Program-made: the position numbers and the translations under genes
Notes under the pieces: generated by a model
Told to the model about the DNA's origin: nothing
Databases searched by the model: none
Seen by the model: the letters and a program-made list of their open reading frames with translations, nothing else
In this document: piece by piece, positions 51,914-64,000 of the stretch
Layout of the letters: the number at the start of each line of letters is the position of its first letter
Position numbering within the stretch: position 1 is the stretch's first letter
Source: Malacoraja senta
Lineage: Eukaryota
Direction of reading: 5' to 3'
Length of the DNA: 64,000 nucleotides
Assembly: GCA_038087875.1 (NCBI GenBank)
Contig: CM075992.1
Span: 4,280,001 to 4,344,000, forward strand

Positions 51914-54900
51914 GTACCAAAGATTTTCTTCCTTCAGTTAATGTTGGGCTACATAATCGCCATTGCCTTATTGATGAATAATTTTCTTTCCCCACCCACG
52001 TTAAATTTGTGCCCTCTAATTTTACACACCCCTAACCTGGGAAAAAATCTGTCGCTATTCACCTAATTTATGCTCCTTGTGATATTATATACCTCTATAA
52101 GGTCACCCATCTGCCTCAGAGAATGTCCAAACTCTCCATATAGCTGAGACCCTCCACATCACGTAACATCCTTGTAAATCTTTTTTGCACTCTTTCCAGT
52201 TTAATGGCATCCTTCCTAAAACTGGGCAACCAGAACTTACGACACAGTACTCTATTGCTTTACCAGTGTATTCTACAGCTGTAATATGATGTCCCCACTC
52301 CTGTACTCAATACATATCCAATGAAGGTAAGCATGACAAACATCGTCTGCACCATTATCTTCCTGAAATGATGTACTGGTGACCCCGGGTCTTGCTACAC
52401 TCAGTATACCATAACACTCTTAAACGCCACACCATTTTCTCTGTGCCTTCCTGGTTTGTTCTACCAAAATGCAACACCTAACATTTATTCAAATAAACTT
52501 CATCTACCATTCATGTGGCCCAGTTGCCTTCCTTAGAAGACTCAGGAAGTTCGGCATGTCCCCAACAGTTCTCACCAACTTCTACAAGCACATCGTAGAA
52601 AGCATCACGATACATCACAGCTTAGTTTGGGAATAGCCCCATCTAAGTCCGCTAGAGATTGCAGAAAATTGTTGACACAACCTAGACCATCACACAAACT
52701 AACCTCCCTTCCGTTGACTCGTCAAGACCAGCAGCATAATCAAGGACTAGTCTCATCCCGGTCACTACCCATTCTCCCCTCTCCCATCAGGCAAGAGGTA
52801 GAGAAGTGTGAACAAGTACACATTCAGATTCAGGGAGATGGGTAATGAAGGCAAGCATCCAATTTTATAATATTGCCGAACAGTGCTCATGGCTGTGGAT
52901 GCTGAAGGAGTGTCCCAAACAAACATTTTGGTGTGTTCCGGCAGATGCTCCTCACAGACGATCGGGGAAGACTGACTGAGGACGTGAGCCGTCGATGGTC
53001 AACATGGCGGCCACGGCTTCACCAACCGTCACTTCGCCTTTGCCGCAGGTGGAACCATGGCTCACGTGCGGCAGCAAACAAAGCAGAGATCGAATCGCCT
53101 GCGGGAACAGGTGGGTCGCGTCGTGTAACAACAGTGGAGGTAAAGGGGTGTTGCACTCCTTGCGTCGGGGACTCTGTTAAGGTGGAGGCATTAACCATTG
53201 TCTCACATAACTATGAAGATGCTTCAAATCAGTAAGGAAGTGGCAAATATTTTTAGATGTCAAGTTTAGTTTTAGAGATACAGCAAGGAAACATGCCCTT
53301 CGGCAGTGAGAGCAGGTTTTGTGTCGCCAAGATGCTCTTGTGTTTTTTTCTGAAATTGAAACAGCCAATATATCACAGCCCAGATTTTTGGGTGGGGAAT
53401 AGTTTTCTGAGCTTTAGTTTAGAGTCTAAATCTTGACTTTTCCTGCTGCCGTTAGCATCTTCCTGAATTAAAACTCCAAAGCACATACAATTAAGTCCAA
53501 GCTAATTCCCTCACTTTAGAAAGCTCATGGATTGCCTGCACGTTCAACTGCAATAACACAACTTTGCCCAATTTCTCCTTGTAAAAATATAGGCCTCTCG
53601 GGTCCCAGATTCAATTGTGACCAATTGCTGTTTGTGTGGAGTTTCTATGTTCTTTCTGTGGTTGCAGGTATTTGACCCTAGTACTCCAGTTTTGTCCCAA
53701 TCCAAAGATGTGCGGGTTGTGTAGTTGTGAACTGTGTGTTTAGCCCATAGCGTGTAGTGTGGGGGAGATTAATGCATTGGGTGATCAATGGTCATCGCAG
53801 TCAGTGGGCTGAAGAGCCTGATTCTCTACCGTATTTCTTCTGAATTGCTGACTCAACTTTTTTGAGGCAGTGAGAGTTGCAGATATCCACAGTGAAGGAC
53901 TGCTTGCATAATACTGCTGGAAGAGTTTGAGAGACTTCATTTACCTGCAATGTACTTTCCCTAGTTTGAAGGAGGGCAAGACAATTCTCTAACTATCAGG
54001 TGGGAACCAGAGAATCCTCGCAAAAGAATCACAACCCAAGAGCTTGCACCTGGATTTCTGATTGATCCTTGGTGATGGGATGCATGGTAGGGAAGTGTAG
54101 TGATTGCTTCACTGATAAATCACTAATCATTTGTTGGTCACACTGGGCAAGTTATCCATTCCTCCAGCTGTTGACTTGTTTGTTTCACATCATCTCCTTT
54201 ATGTTGCAGCAAGGGGTAGCCTTCCAGATTCCATCTTTGTACCCTTCAGCTTCACATTTCATAAGATCTTGCTTGCACAAAATCTGGAATCCGTAACAGG
54301 TAGCAATAATAACCATGAAAGTACTAGAGCTCTTTTTAAAATATGTTCTCTTCACCTTGTCTACTCTGGACCCACAACAAGAGGATCATATCATAACTAA
54401 TCTCTGACTTTAACTAATCTCAGCAAGGTTCATGATAATTAGTCATGGGCGCTATGCTGTCCCCTCTTCAAACATCAAGATTGTAGGTTTCAAGGAGTGA
54501 TGTTAAATTACGAAATAGACTTTAGGATGGGAATTCCAGGGCTTGGGAATCTTTGCAGCTGAAGCTTGAATGTACACATTCCACGAGTGGTAGAATATTC
54601 AAGATTATCAAGAGGCCAGAATAGCCTTGTAAATATAGAGCTGGAGATGATACAGACGAAGAGGGATGAGATGCAAAATCTCTGATGATGGATTTTACAA
54701 TAAAAGTGCAGCTTATCCAAGAGTCAGCGTAGTCAGCAACCTGCGGGAAGACGAGAGTTGAACTGGACTCTGCAAGTTTCGGCACTGGTTGCAGGATTTT
54801 GGATGGCCTTAAGATTATGGAGGGTAGAAGGAGGGAGCTGAGCAAGGAGTGCAATGGGATAGTCTAATCTAGAGGGAACATAGGAACAAGAGGGAGAAAT

Positions 54901-55465
54901 TGCTAATCTTTGTGATGCCATTGATATAAATTCCATGGCTACAAAATCTTACTGCGTGCTTGAAATAATAAGAGAAATGTCCTTTCCTCTCTTTCTTGTT
55001 CTAGTTGCGCACAATTTCTAATCAGTAAATTTGCCTTCATTTGCATCCTTGAGCTTCTCCCCAATTTTCTATACAGCAAGCAATGTAGTGATTCCGTTCT
55101 TAGTTGCTCACTCAGACCCCCTCCCTGAACTCTTTACCAGTCACATAGATGACTATGTTGGTGTTGCTTCTGACATTCATCCAGGAGCCAAATGCCATTA
55201 ACTCTGTTGCCAATTTCTGCCCTGCTCTTATGCCCTTCCCTTTCCTGTCATGATTTTCTAACTTCATTTTGAAGGATAGGTTAGCAATCTGACTCCGTTA
55301 TCTCAACTGCATTTCCCAGCCTAGGAAATCTGCTTCATTCCTTGTTTCATTGTCTCCATTGTACCTGCTCTGGTGACAAGATTTTCCATGTTATTGCCTT
55401 TTAAAATACTGCAATGAAGAAAAAATAAATCAATTTTGACATTTTTTAAAATTTGATTATTTGTC

Positions 55466-55475
55466 TTTATTTATT
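55466..55475 (-). terminator. Overlapping AATAAA polyadenylation signals of the C3-like gene
   Basis: TTTATTTATT on the + strand, 35-45 nt past the stop codon. Confidence 0.65.
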
Positions 55476-55509
55476 GAAAATTGTTGTGCCTAAATAAGCT
55501 GCAATGTAA

Positions 55510-55651
55510 TTAGTTATCGCACCCGAAGATCCCAAGGTTGTCGGCAAACACCCTCAGGTCTTTACAGAGGTTTCTGAACATCTCCTGTTGGCATTCTGCA
55601 TTGCTTGGCCACCTTTCTATCCATGTATTTTCTCCAATCAGATATCTCACT
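55510..55651 (-). CDS. C3: Complement C3-like terminal exon (RVRYLIGENTWIERWPSNAECQQEMFRNLCKDLRVFADNLGIFGCDN*)
   Basis: Acceptor ATATTTCAG. Matches the C3 C-terminus YIIGKDTWVEHWP...C...C...FGCPN. Phase is compatible with the previous exon. Confidence 0.92.
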
Positions 55652-58600
55652 CTGAAATATTGAAACGCCAGTAAAAATGAGGACAAGCATAGGGAACAGA
55701 TAACAGACATTTTCTAAATGGATTTTAAAACGACAAGAGGGCCGTTAAGACCTTTGAAATTATCAAGGGTTCATATGGGGCTGATACTGAGAAGATATTT
55801 TCACCTGCAGTGAACCCTGTAGTTGGAAACCACCAATGTAAAATAATCACCAATGGGAAATAGTGGAAATCGCAGGGAGCAGTTGAGGTGAACAGTACAG
55901 TATATTTGAATGGAAGCGTGAAAAACGAGGATGAATTGAACAGATTATATTAATGGAGAAAAATGGAGTGGAAGGAAGCTCATGTGGACTAGTTCAGCTG
56001 GATTGCCTATTTCTTGCTCCTTTGTTGCATCCAACAGTTATGCAAAATTCATCTGCAATTGGTCAGATTATTCATGTTGAAGATGAGGGGATTTGTGCTT
56101 TTCCATCATTCACTTTATTCTATAGATTCACTCATCACTAAAATGGTCAAAACGATCTACTGGAATTTTCATTGGTGTATTGGCAGTGGATAGAATTAAC
56201 AACTTGAAATTCCCAGAAGTTCTTAGTTTAAAAAAGTACAGCAATTCACAGAATGGTCTAACAAACTCATGCAGATGGTCTGTATGAAGTGTCCTGACTA
56301 ATTGTATCATATTTTGGTACAGCAATTGCAACACATAGGATAGTAAGGGGTTGCAGAGAATGGTCTGCTCAGCCATGCCCATCTTATGTACAGCACCGGC
56401 CACTCATCAAAAGCAGTTACATGAGGTGCAGTGTTACTCTGGTTGGAGATCAGTGGTGTTGTGCTGGAACCTTTGTTGTTTGTTTTATATGTCAATGACT
56501 TGGAAGGAAATGTAGATTAGATAGTTGAGTAAGTTTGCAGAGGGCACAAAAATTAATGAATGCGGACAGTGAAGTAGGCTGTCAAAGGATAGAGAGGAGG
56601 CAGATCAGTTACAACTCTGCAGAGAAATGGCAGATGGACAATCTGGGCAAGTGTGAGTTGTTGCAATTTGGGATTTGAAATGCGTGGAGAAAGTACAGTT
56701 CATGGGAGGATCCTTAACTGTACTGATGTACAGAGGCATTTTGCCATCCGTTAAAGTGACAACACAAATAGATGGAGTGGGAAAAAAGGCATATCGTATG
56801 CTTGTGGTTGTGACATTGAACATAAGAGTTAGAAAGTCATATTGAAGCTTTATAAAACTCTGGTTTGGTCACATTTGGAATATTATGTACAATTCTGGTT
56901 GCCACATCACAGTAAGGATGTGAAAGACTATGGTGAGAGTCAGAGGGTGTATAGCTACTGTATAAGGTTGGACAAACTTGGACTGATTTTTTTCTGGAGC
57001 TTTGGAAGTTGAGAGGAGACCTGAAATAAGTAGATAAAATTATGTGAATATATAAAATATAGCGTAATTTAATTTAGAGAAACATCATGGGAACAGACCC
57101 TTCAGCCAGCTGGGTTGACACTGGCCAGCAATCACCCTGTACACTAGTTCTGTCCTAAACGCTAGGGACAATTTAACAAATCCAATCAACCTACAAACCT
57201 GCATTTCTTTGGAATGTGGGAAGAAACCGGAGCACCCAGAGAAAACCCATGAAAACCAAGGGAAAACGTACAAACTCCGTAGAGACAGCACCTGTAGTCA
57301 GAATCGAACCCGAGTCTCTGGCACTGTAAAGCAGCAACCCCACCTCCGTACCACAGTGTCGTCCTTCTGTGCCACTCCTTGGATTGGATGACAATCAGGA
57401 CTTTTTTGCCAGGGTGAAAATGTCAAATAGGAGAGGGCAAATTGTGGGGTAAATTGTTTTACACATGGTGGTTTACGCTGCCAGGGGTGCAGGTGGAAAC
57501 AGAATAGCTAGTGGCATTTAAGAGAGTTTTAATAGACACATGAATATGCAGGAATGGAGGAAGATGGATCATATGCAGGGCAGAGGGAATAATCTAATTC
57601 ACTATCATGTTCAGCAGAGATTGTGGCCTGCTGAGCCTATTGGTGTGCCATTCTGTTTTATGTTCTTCCGATATGGTCTCCTTATTCAGAATAGATGAAG
57701 TGCAAAAAGATTGAACAGATTCATAGGGTCTGAGTCTTACAGCATGGAACCAGGCCCTTCGGCCCACCTTGTCCACGCTGTACTAGATAGGGCTCTTAAA
57801 AATAGCGGAGTCAGGGGATATGGGGAGAAGGCAGGAACGGGGTACTGATTGGGGATGATCAGCCATGATCACATTGAATGGCGGTGCTGGCTCGAAGGGC
57901 CGAATGGTCTACTCCTGCACCTATTGTCTATTGTATATTGTCTATTGTACCAGTGCCTTCTGTCCGGGCTTAGCCCATGACCCTCTAAACCTATCCTATC
58001 CATGTAATTGTCCAATTCTTGCAAAGGCTTTACGATGTTGTCCAAGAGGATAGAGTTAAACTAGGCCTATACTCTCCAGAGTTTACAACAATGAAGGGTA
58101 ATCTCAGAAATATTCAATTTCTCATGGATTTTGACAAGGGAGATGCAGGTCCAATTCCCTAGAGGAGGATTTGTCATAAAAGAGAAGGTAAGTAGGTAAC
58201 GTGTAGGAAGTAATTGCAGATGCTGGTTTAAATCAAAGATAGACACAAAATGCTGGAGAAACTCAGTGGGGCAGGCAGCATCTCTGGAGAAAAGAAATGG
58301 GTGACATTTCAGGTCTGAAGAAGGATCTCGACCCGAAACATCACCCATTCCTTCTCTCCAGAGATACCGCCTGTCTCGCTGAGTTACTCCAGTAGGTAAG
58401 TAGGTAAGGCCTGCATCCCTTGAGCTTTAAAATGTACATTTGTCTTTGAACGCATGTCAGTGTGGGTGATGAGAAATTAATTCTCTGCCTGGAATAACTA
58501 GAACCAGGAATCCCAGTCTTGAAACAAAGATTTGGCCATACATGCCAGAGATGAGAAGAAATGTCTGCACTAAGGTTGAATATCTTTCTTCTGCCATAGT

Positions 58601-59127
58601 AAGGAGGGGTGTGGGTATATTCAAGGCAGAGTGAAAATGTTTTGAGTTATGAAGTAACTCCAGATGTGATGTTAGTGCAGGAAGATAGGGCTGAGGTAAA
58701 AGATCAGTCTTTAAGTAGCTGAACGGGTGTGAAGAGACTCGCTGCAGTCAATTGTTTTTATTTCACCTCTTGTTTCCCTGGGATCCTGTAACATACGATT
58801 GGTTTCTTATCAATTAGGGCATTGATCCCAGAGAACTCAAATGTAGCATTGACTGAATTTCATTGACTGGAAAACATTGGGATATTTTGACCAGGTGAAA
58901 TTTGCTGCAGGAATGCAAGCCCCATTCCATCTTTTGTGTTTCAATTGTCTGTAAATTATCTAGGTACTTCACGCCTATTTGTAATATCTCTGAAATTGTT
59001 AAACCTCAATTTTATAATATTTATTAAAGTAATGATTTAATTTAAGTTAGTTTCTCCTATATCCAAATGTTAATTGAGCCAGAAAGCTGGAGAATGAACA
59101 CGAGTTGCATCAGATTTTGCAGCTTAC

Positions 59128-59263
59128 CTCTCCTTATCATCCCACAGATCTGAGCCCTGTCCCATTATTAGATAATCTTGGTTCAGTTCCACGTTAAATA
59201 TATCATTACAGTTGGCTTGTGTGATTAGTTCCCTCACATCATCTTGAGCGACTGCATCGCTTC
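59128..59263 (-). CDS. C3: Complement C3-like exon (GSDAVAQDDVRELITQANCNDIFNVELNQDYLIMGQGSDLWDDKE)
   Basis: 136 bp, phase 1/2, acceptor TTTTCATTTTAG, donor AG|GTAAGC. Matches C3 GSDEV...C...HYLMWGLSSDFW. Confidence 0.9.
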
Positions 59264-60572
59264 CTAAAATGAAAATTCACACAATTACATGATAGACCAA
59301 TCTTATCCACCATTGTTCAATGCCATGAAATTTGGTGCTAAATTGTCACTAATTAACTCTTGATGCCTAATATGTTTATGACAAACTGTATGTGACTTAA
59401 ATGGCTAATGTTGTCCTGTAACTCATCACTTGCAATGAATTGGGAATCTTCATTTTGCTAATTAGAAAATATTTTTTGAGTCATATAGCCTTCTGTTGGG
59501 TGTATGATCTCAAGGCTATGAATGTGAACTCAGCAACTTTGCCATTTTGTGATTATAATGATGAAATGTAAGGCAATGTGTGAGAATGGTCTTGCTGTTT
59601 AGATTTTAATTCCTTAGTTATTGATTGGTAGTAGATGTTCGTTCAGTAAGTATGCATGCAAGATACATTTATCTGCATAATGTGGAGTATCTATAATATC
59701 CTTCTGTTCAAGTGAATCCATGTGACACAACAATGCAATTGTGGCAATAAAGAAATCATGTTGTGGGTAACACTTTCACAGCTGTACATTCTGGATCAGA
59801 ACCATATTCTGTGTTCACAATTCAGATCAGGCCTCTACTGCATCCTCTAGCAGTTCATTCTACGTTGTTGTCAACCTAAATGTGAAAATGTCTTTCAGCT
59901 CCTTTTAAAATATTTCTCCTCCTAACTGAAACCTATGTCCTCTTATTTTTAGATTCCTCTTTCCTGGGTAAAAGACTGTGACCACGCACTTTATCTGTGA
60001 CCCTGATGATTTTATATGTCTCTATAAGGTCACTCCTCAGCTTCCTACACTCCAGGGGAAAAATCCAGCTTCCCCTTATAACTCAACCCCAATGACTTGT
60101 GGAAATGCGCAAAAGCTGTCCAGTACAAATATTCTATTCCAACAATGCAAATACTCTTTGTCTTCAATTATTAGAGGGTGTGTAGAGCCAGTCCTGTCAG
60201 GGATGTGTGACCAGCTCTGCTAAGTGGGTTATTTCCCAGACATGGTCCAGTTTTCTTAATCTTGCTACTTCACTTCCTCTTTTAAACTATTTGCTTTGAT
60301 CATGCTTTTGCTATAATTCTACACAAACGTTTTCAAAGATACCCCAAAAAATCATGTGCATGTCAAATAAGAGTTCAGACGACAGTAAAACATGCTTTAC
60401 AAGTGTACATTCTCAGGATAAAACTATCCAGATACTTGTACAAACTTTGTAATCTATTCCAAACCCTGTATGACTAAAAATGTGCACTTCACATGTAGAA
60501 CTTTGCCCATGGAGGTGTATATATCCTTATACCTCTGTGCTGCCATGGTCCTCAGGTATAGGAATTACTCAC

Positions 60573-60656
60573 CTTGTTTGATAAGAGCCAGAATTTTCAT
60601 TGCGTAGTATATGTAACTGTCTCTCTTTTCCTTTCCAGTAAATGTCACTTTGTAAA
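60573..60656 (-). CDS. C3: Complement C3-like exon (VYKVTFTGKEKRDSYIYYAMKILALIKQ)
   Basis: 84 bp, phase 1/1, acceptor TTTTCTTTTTTAG, donor AAG|GTGAGT. Matches C3 VYKTRL...YIMAIEQTIKSG. Confidence 0.88.
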
Positions 60657-61997
60657 CTAAAAAAGAAAATTGTTTAAAAAAATGATGGAGTGAACGATGG
60701 CCAAATCCAATTTGAAATGACAATAGTATGATCTATATCCAGTTCCAGAATTGGACACTTATGATTCCCGGGGGACATTTCCCATTCTGTATATCGCTCG
60801 CCTCTCTGCGGTGAATCATCCTTCAAAATACACAGCCAACAGCCTCCGTGGAGGTGACAATGACAACAAGAAAGAACAGGATAGTTCTGATATTTACATA
60901 AAATATGGCAGTTCTGGTCAACGTGATACATGTCAGGAGGGAGACCAGAAGACCCACAAGGCCCATTGTAAATATCTGGCCATAGAAGACTGTACTAACT
61001 TCCTGTAGAATGTGAACCCTTATACAATTGGGCAATGCTGAAAGAAATGTCATTCTCTCTGAAGATGCACCAGGGTGATGTTCTTGCCACTGTCTACATG
61101 TGAAGAGTGGAGATGTTTCCAAAAATATATTTCATGCAAAAATCTCAGTTGTTTAACTCAGATGCAGGAACACAGAAATGTCGTAGCAATCCATTAACAA
61201 AAATGGAGTGTGAATTTATTTGCTCATGTATTATATTCAGTGTCGGGTGATTTGGACAGTAAGATGCAAGGGCACCTGGCCCTTCCTGGCTGTTAACTGG
61301 TTTGCCGTATGTGTGGAAAGGATCATTAGGGATATTTTGGTGACTGCTTTTAAAAAACCTCTCTCTCTCTGTGTTATGGAAACCATTATATTGCATGTGC
61401 CCAATGTCTGTTGACTGAATGCACCTGGAATGCATTGCTATTTATGGAGCACATTCTTACAGTAACCTTTCTCTTCTAACTGCTGCTCTCTGGATAAGAA
61501 CAATGGCCCATGTTTAAAAGAACATTTGGGTTTACAATAATCCAGTAGTTCAAGATTTATCATTACTCATTTTTATTTAGTCCCTCATCTGCAGTGATAG
61601 GATTTGAAAAAGTCTGCACAATTTGTGATCAACAGTTCAGTTGTTTGAATATGGCTGCAGTAACTTAACCATTGTCATCTAAACACTGACAGAATTAAAA
61701 TGTGTTAATCAACATATTGGCCAAACACCAAAAATAATGAAATATGCATAAATCTGTGAGATCCATCAGCAGATAGACACAAAGTGCTGGAGTAACACAA
61801 ACAGTTACATCTCTGATAAAAAGGATGGACCCGACCCGAAATGTCACCCATCCTTTCTTCACCAGAGATGCTGCCTGACCCACTGAGTTATTCCAGCACT
61901 TTTTGTCTATCTGTGGTATAAACTAGCATTTGTAATTCTTTGTTTCTACAGATTAATCAGCAGACTTAGAACATAGTTTGATTAAAGATAGCTTTAC

Positions 61998-62078
61998 CAT
62001 AATCAGTTCCTGGGGCGCATGAAAAGTCATCACGTTTTTCAAGTTCTCTTTGATCTGTCTTTATTGGAACACAGCTTC
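61998..62078 (-). CDS. C3: Complement C3-like exon, start of C345C domain (GSCVPIKTDQRELEKRDDFSCAPGTDY)
   Basis: 81 bp, phase 1/1, acceptor TTCTGCATCTGCAG, donor G|GTAAAG. Aligns by eye to human C3 ENCFIQK...LDKACEPGVDY. Confidence 0.88.
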
Positions 62079-63802
62079 CTGCAGATGCAGAAGAAATGAA
62101 AATGTATGTTCAGTATTCATGCATTTAATGCTTCATTTCTTCTCAGTGAATGCTCATTGGTCAACTCTCCAACTCCTTTCTTCAATAGACTATCAATATT
62201 ACTTGATTACTTGATCCAGTGAGTGCTTAAACCAGCAACCACTTTTCTAGAACACACAAATAAAATACTAGATTCTGTCTGCATTTTGCTTGTTATAAGC
62301 AAGTTACAGTGAAAGGTTTGTGACGGCAAAGATCTAGCAAAACCTTAATGCATGGACAACAAAAGCAACAAAAAAAAATTTAATCTGTTGCATATCTTCA
62401 TTAAGCAGAGAATTGGGTCCAATAAATTAAAAAATATCTGGTTTAATAAATGCTGCAAATCCATAATATTTAATTATATTTCCACTAATTGCTCAACCAA
62501 ATACTCTTCTTTCTCCTCCTTCCTCCATAACACTTGCTCTTTCAGTTATCTGCGCAAATAAATCTCTTTTACCAGTTCTCGGCAAGATCATGTTTAATAT
62601 ACCAAAAAAGTATATTCATGCATTTTTTCTTGAATCTTAAATCATTATGATGTATCTAGTAAAGTATTTTAGTAGCCTTTAGAGTTAAAGTGTCCTTGTC
62701 ATAGAGTCATACAGCATGGATAGCATGGGAACAGGCCCAGCAGTTCAACTTGCCCACACTGATCAAGATGCCCTACATACACTAGTCACACCTGCCTGCA
62801 TTAGGCCCATATCCTTCTAAAGCTTTCCTATCCATGTACCTGTCCAAATGTCTTTTAAATTACTTGCCTTACAACCTTGTCTGACAGCTCGTTCCATTTA
62901 CCCACCATTCTTTGTGTGATAAAGATGCCCTTCAGGTTCCTATTACATCTTTCCCCTCTCGCCTTAAACTTATGTCCTCTGATTCTTGATTCCACTACTA
63001 TGGATAAAAGGCTCTGAGCCGTTACCCTATCCATTTCCACCCCATGATATTATATACCTCTGTAAGATCACCCCTCATTCTATGGCACTCCAAGGAATAA
63101 AGTCTCAGCCTGATGAACCTCGTAGCTTAGGCCCTTAACTCCTGTCAACATCCTCGTAAATCTTCTCTGCTCCCTGATAAACACAAAGTGCTGGAGTAAC
63201 TCAGCGGGTCAGGCAGCATCTCTGGAGAAAAAGGATTTGTGATTTGTTGGGGATGGTCCTGATCTGAAACGTCACCCTTCCTTTTCTCCAGAGATGCTGT
63301 TTGATCCATTGAGTTACTCCAGCACTTTGAGTCTATCTTTGGTATAAACCAGCGTCGGCAGTTCTTTGTTTCTACATTTTCTCTCACCATTTCACCATTA
63401 ACAACGTCTTTCCTATAACAGGATGACCAAAATTAAACACAATACTCCAAATGTGGTTTCACCGCTGTCTTGTACAAAATGTTTTGACAGATCCAATTTT
63501 AATTCAGGTTCAATTTCAGTGTGTGCGAATGTACCAAATTGAGTTGATTGACTGGTGGTAGTTCTGTAAGGAATCACCCGCTGCTGCCCATTCATGGCTC
63601 AGTTCTCCTTGGACATTTGGTAAAACATGGAACTTCTGATCTTATACAATCATAGAAATCGTTGACACAAAATGCTTTCATAAGAATATTTTGCATTGGA
63701 TAAAAAATATAGGCTAGGCATTATCATTTTATGACATCGGGCAACTGCTTTCCATGCAGGAAGTCAGTGAAAACCTGCGGTTAACATGAAACTCTATTCT
63801 TA

Positions 63803-64000
63803 AGGGCCTGTCCCACTTTCACGACCTAATTCATGACATTTTTTACTCGTGGACATTATTCATCACGTTGAAAAAACGCCCTGATCTACTTGATGCCACG
63901 ACTAGCATCACGACCTGCTACGACCTACCTACGACCTTGTGACGACCGTGCTGCGAGTATGTCAAGGGCAAACTCGGTAGAGGTCGTGAAATTGGGACAG
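63803..64000. mobile_element. PIF/Harbinger-like MITE running off the window end
   Basis: TTA|AGGGCCTGTCCCACTTTCACGACCT ... AGGTCGTGAAATTGGGACAG. Confidence 0.75.

Noticed and set aside
60573..60656. YYAMKIL resembling an AGC kinase subdomain II
   Set aside because: The exon fits the C3 C345C domain in sequence, order and phase with three neighbours.
60823..61122. Hydrophobic minus-strand ORF with an acceptor-like site, suggesting a membrane-protein exon
   Set aside because: It lies within a C3-like intron whose flanking exons already join in phase, and it has no recognisable homology.
63490..63640. A further C3-like exon
   Set aside because: No frame matched the expected upstream C3 sequence (CTRFYHP...LCRCAE). 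That exon is probably beyond the window.

Overview
Eukaryotic, repeat-rich vertebrate DNA. The V-SINE/CR1/Penelope repeat landscape points to a cartilaginous fish, probably a skate or ray (inference). It holds two convergent genes. (1) A + strand NR5A/FTZ-F1 nuclear receptor (nr5a5-like) with exons at 9008-9084, 12603-12725, 18552-18693, 20615-21258 (repeated at 28504-29147), 38879-38998, 40298-40445 and 42916-43160. All downstream exons and splice sites are intact, but the first zinc-finger exon carries a 7-bp tandem duplication (AAGGTCT x2) that creates TAA plus a frameshift. An alternative acceptor at 12610 would restore a continuous ORF with a rewritten zinc finger 1. (2) The last four exons of a - strand complement C3-like gene (C345C domain, 62078 to 55510), mostly missed by the ORF track. 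A ~7.7-kb near-identical duplication flanks a 200-N gap and is most likely a haplotype assembly artefact. The rest is transposon-derived: V-SINEs, CR1, Rex1/Babar, Tx1, RTE, Penelope-derived repeats with minimal hammerhead-ribozyme motifs, a DIRS relic with an 82-bp inverted repeat, Harbinger and hAT MITEs, a Helitron-like end and a 1.85-kb foldback element.
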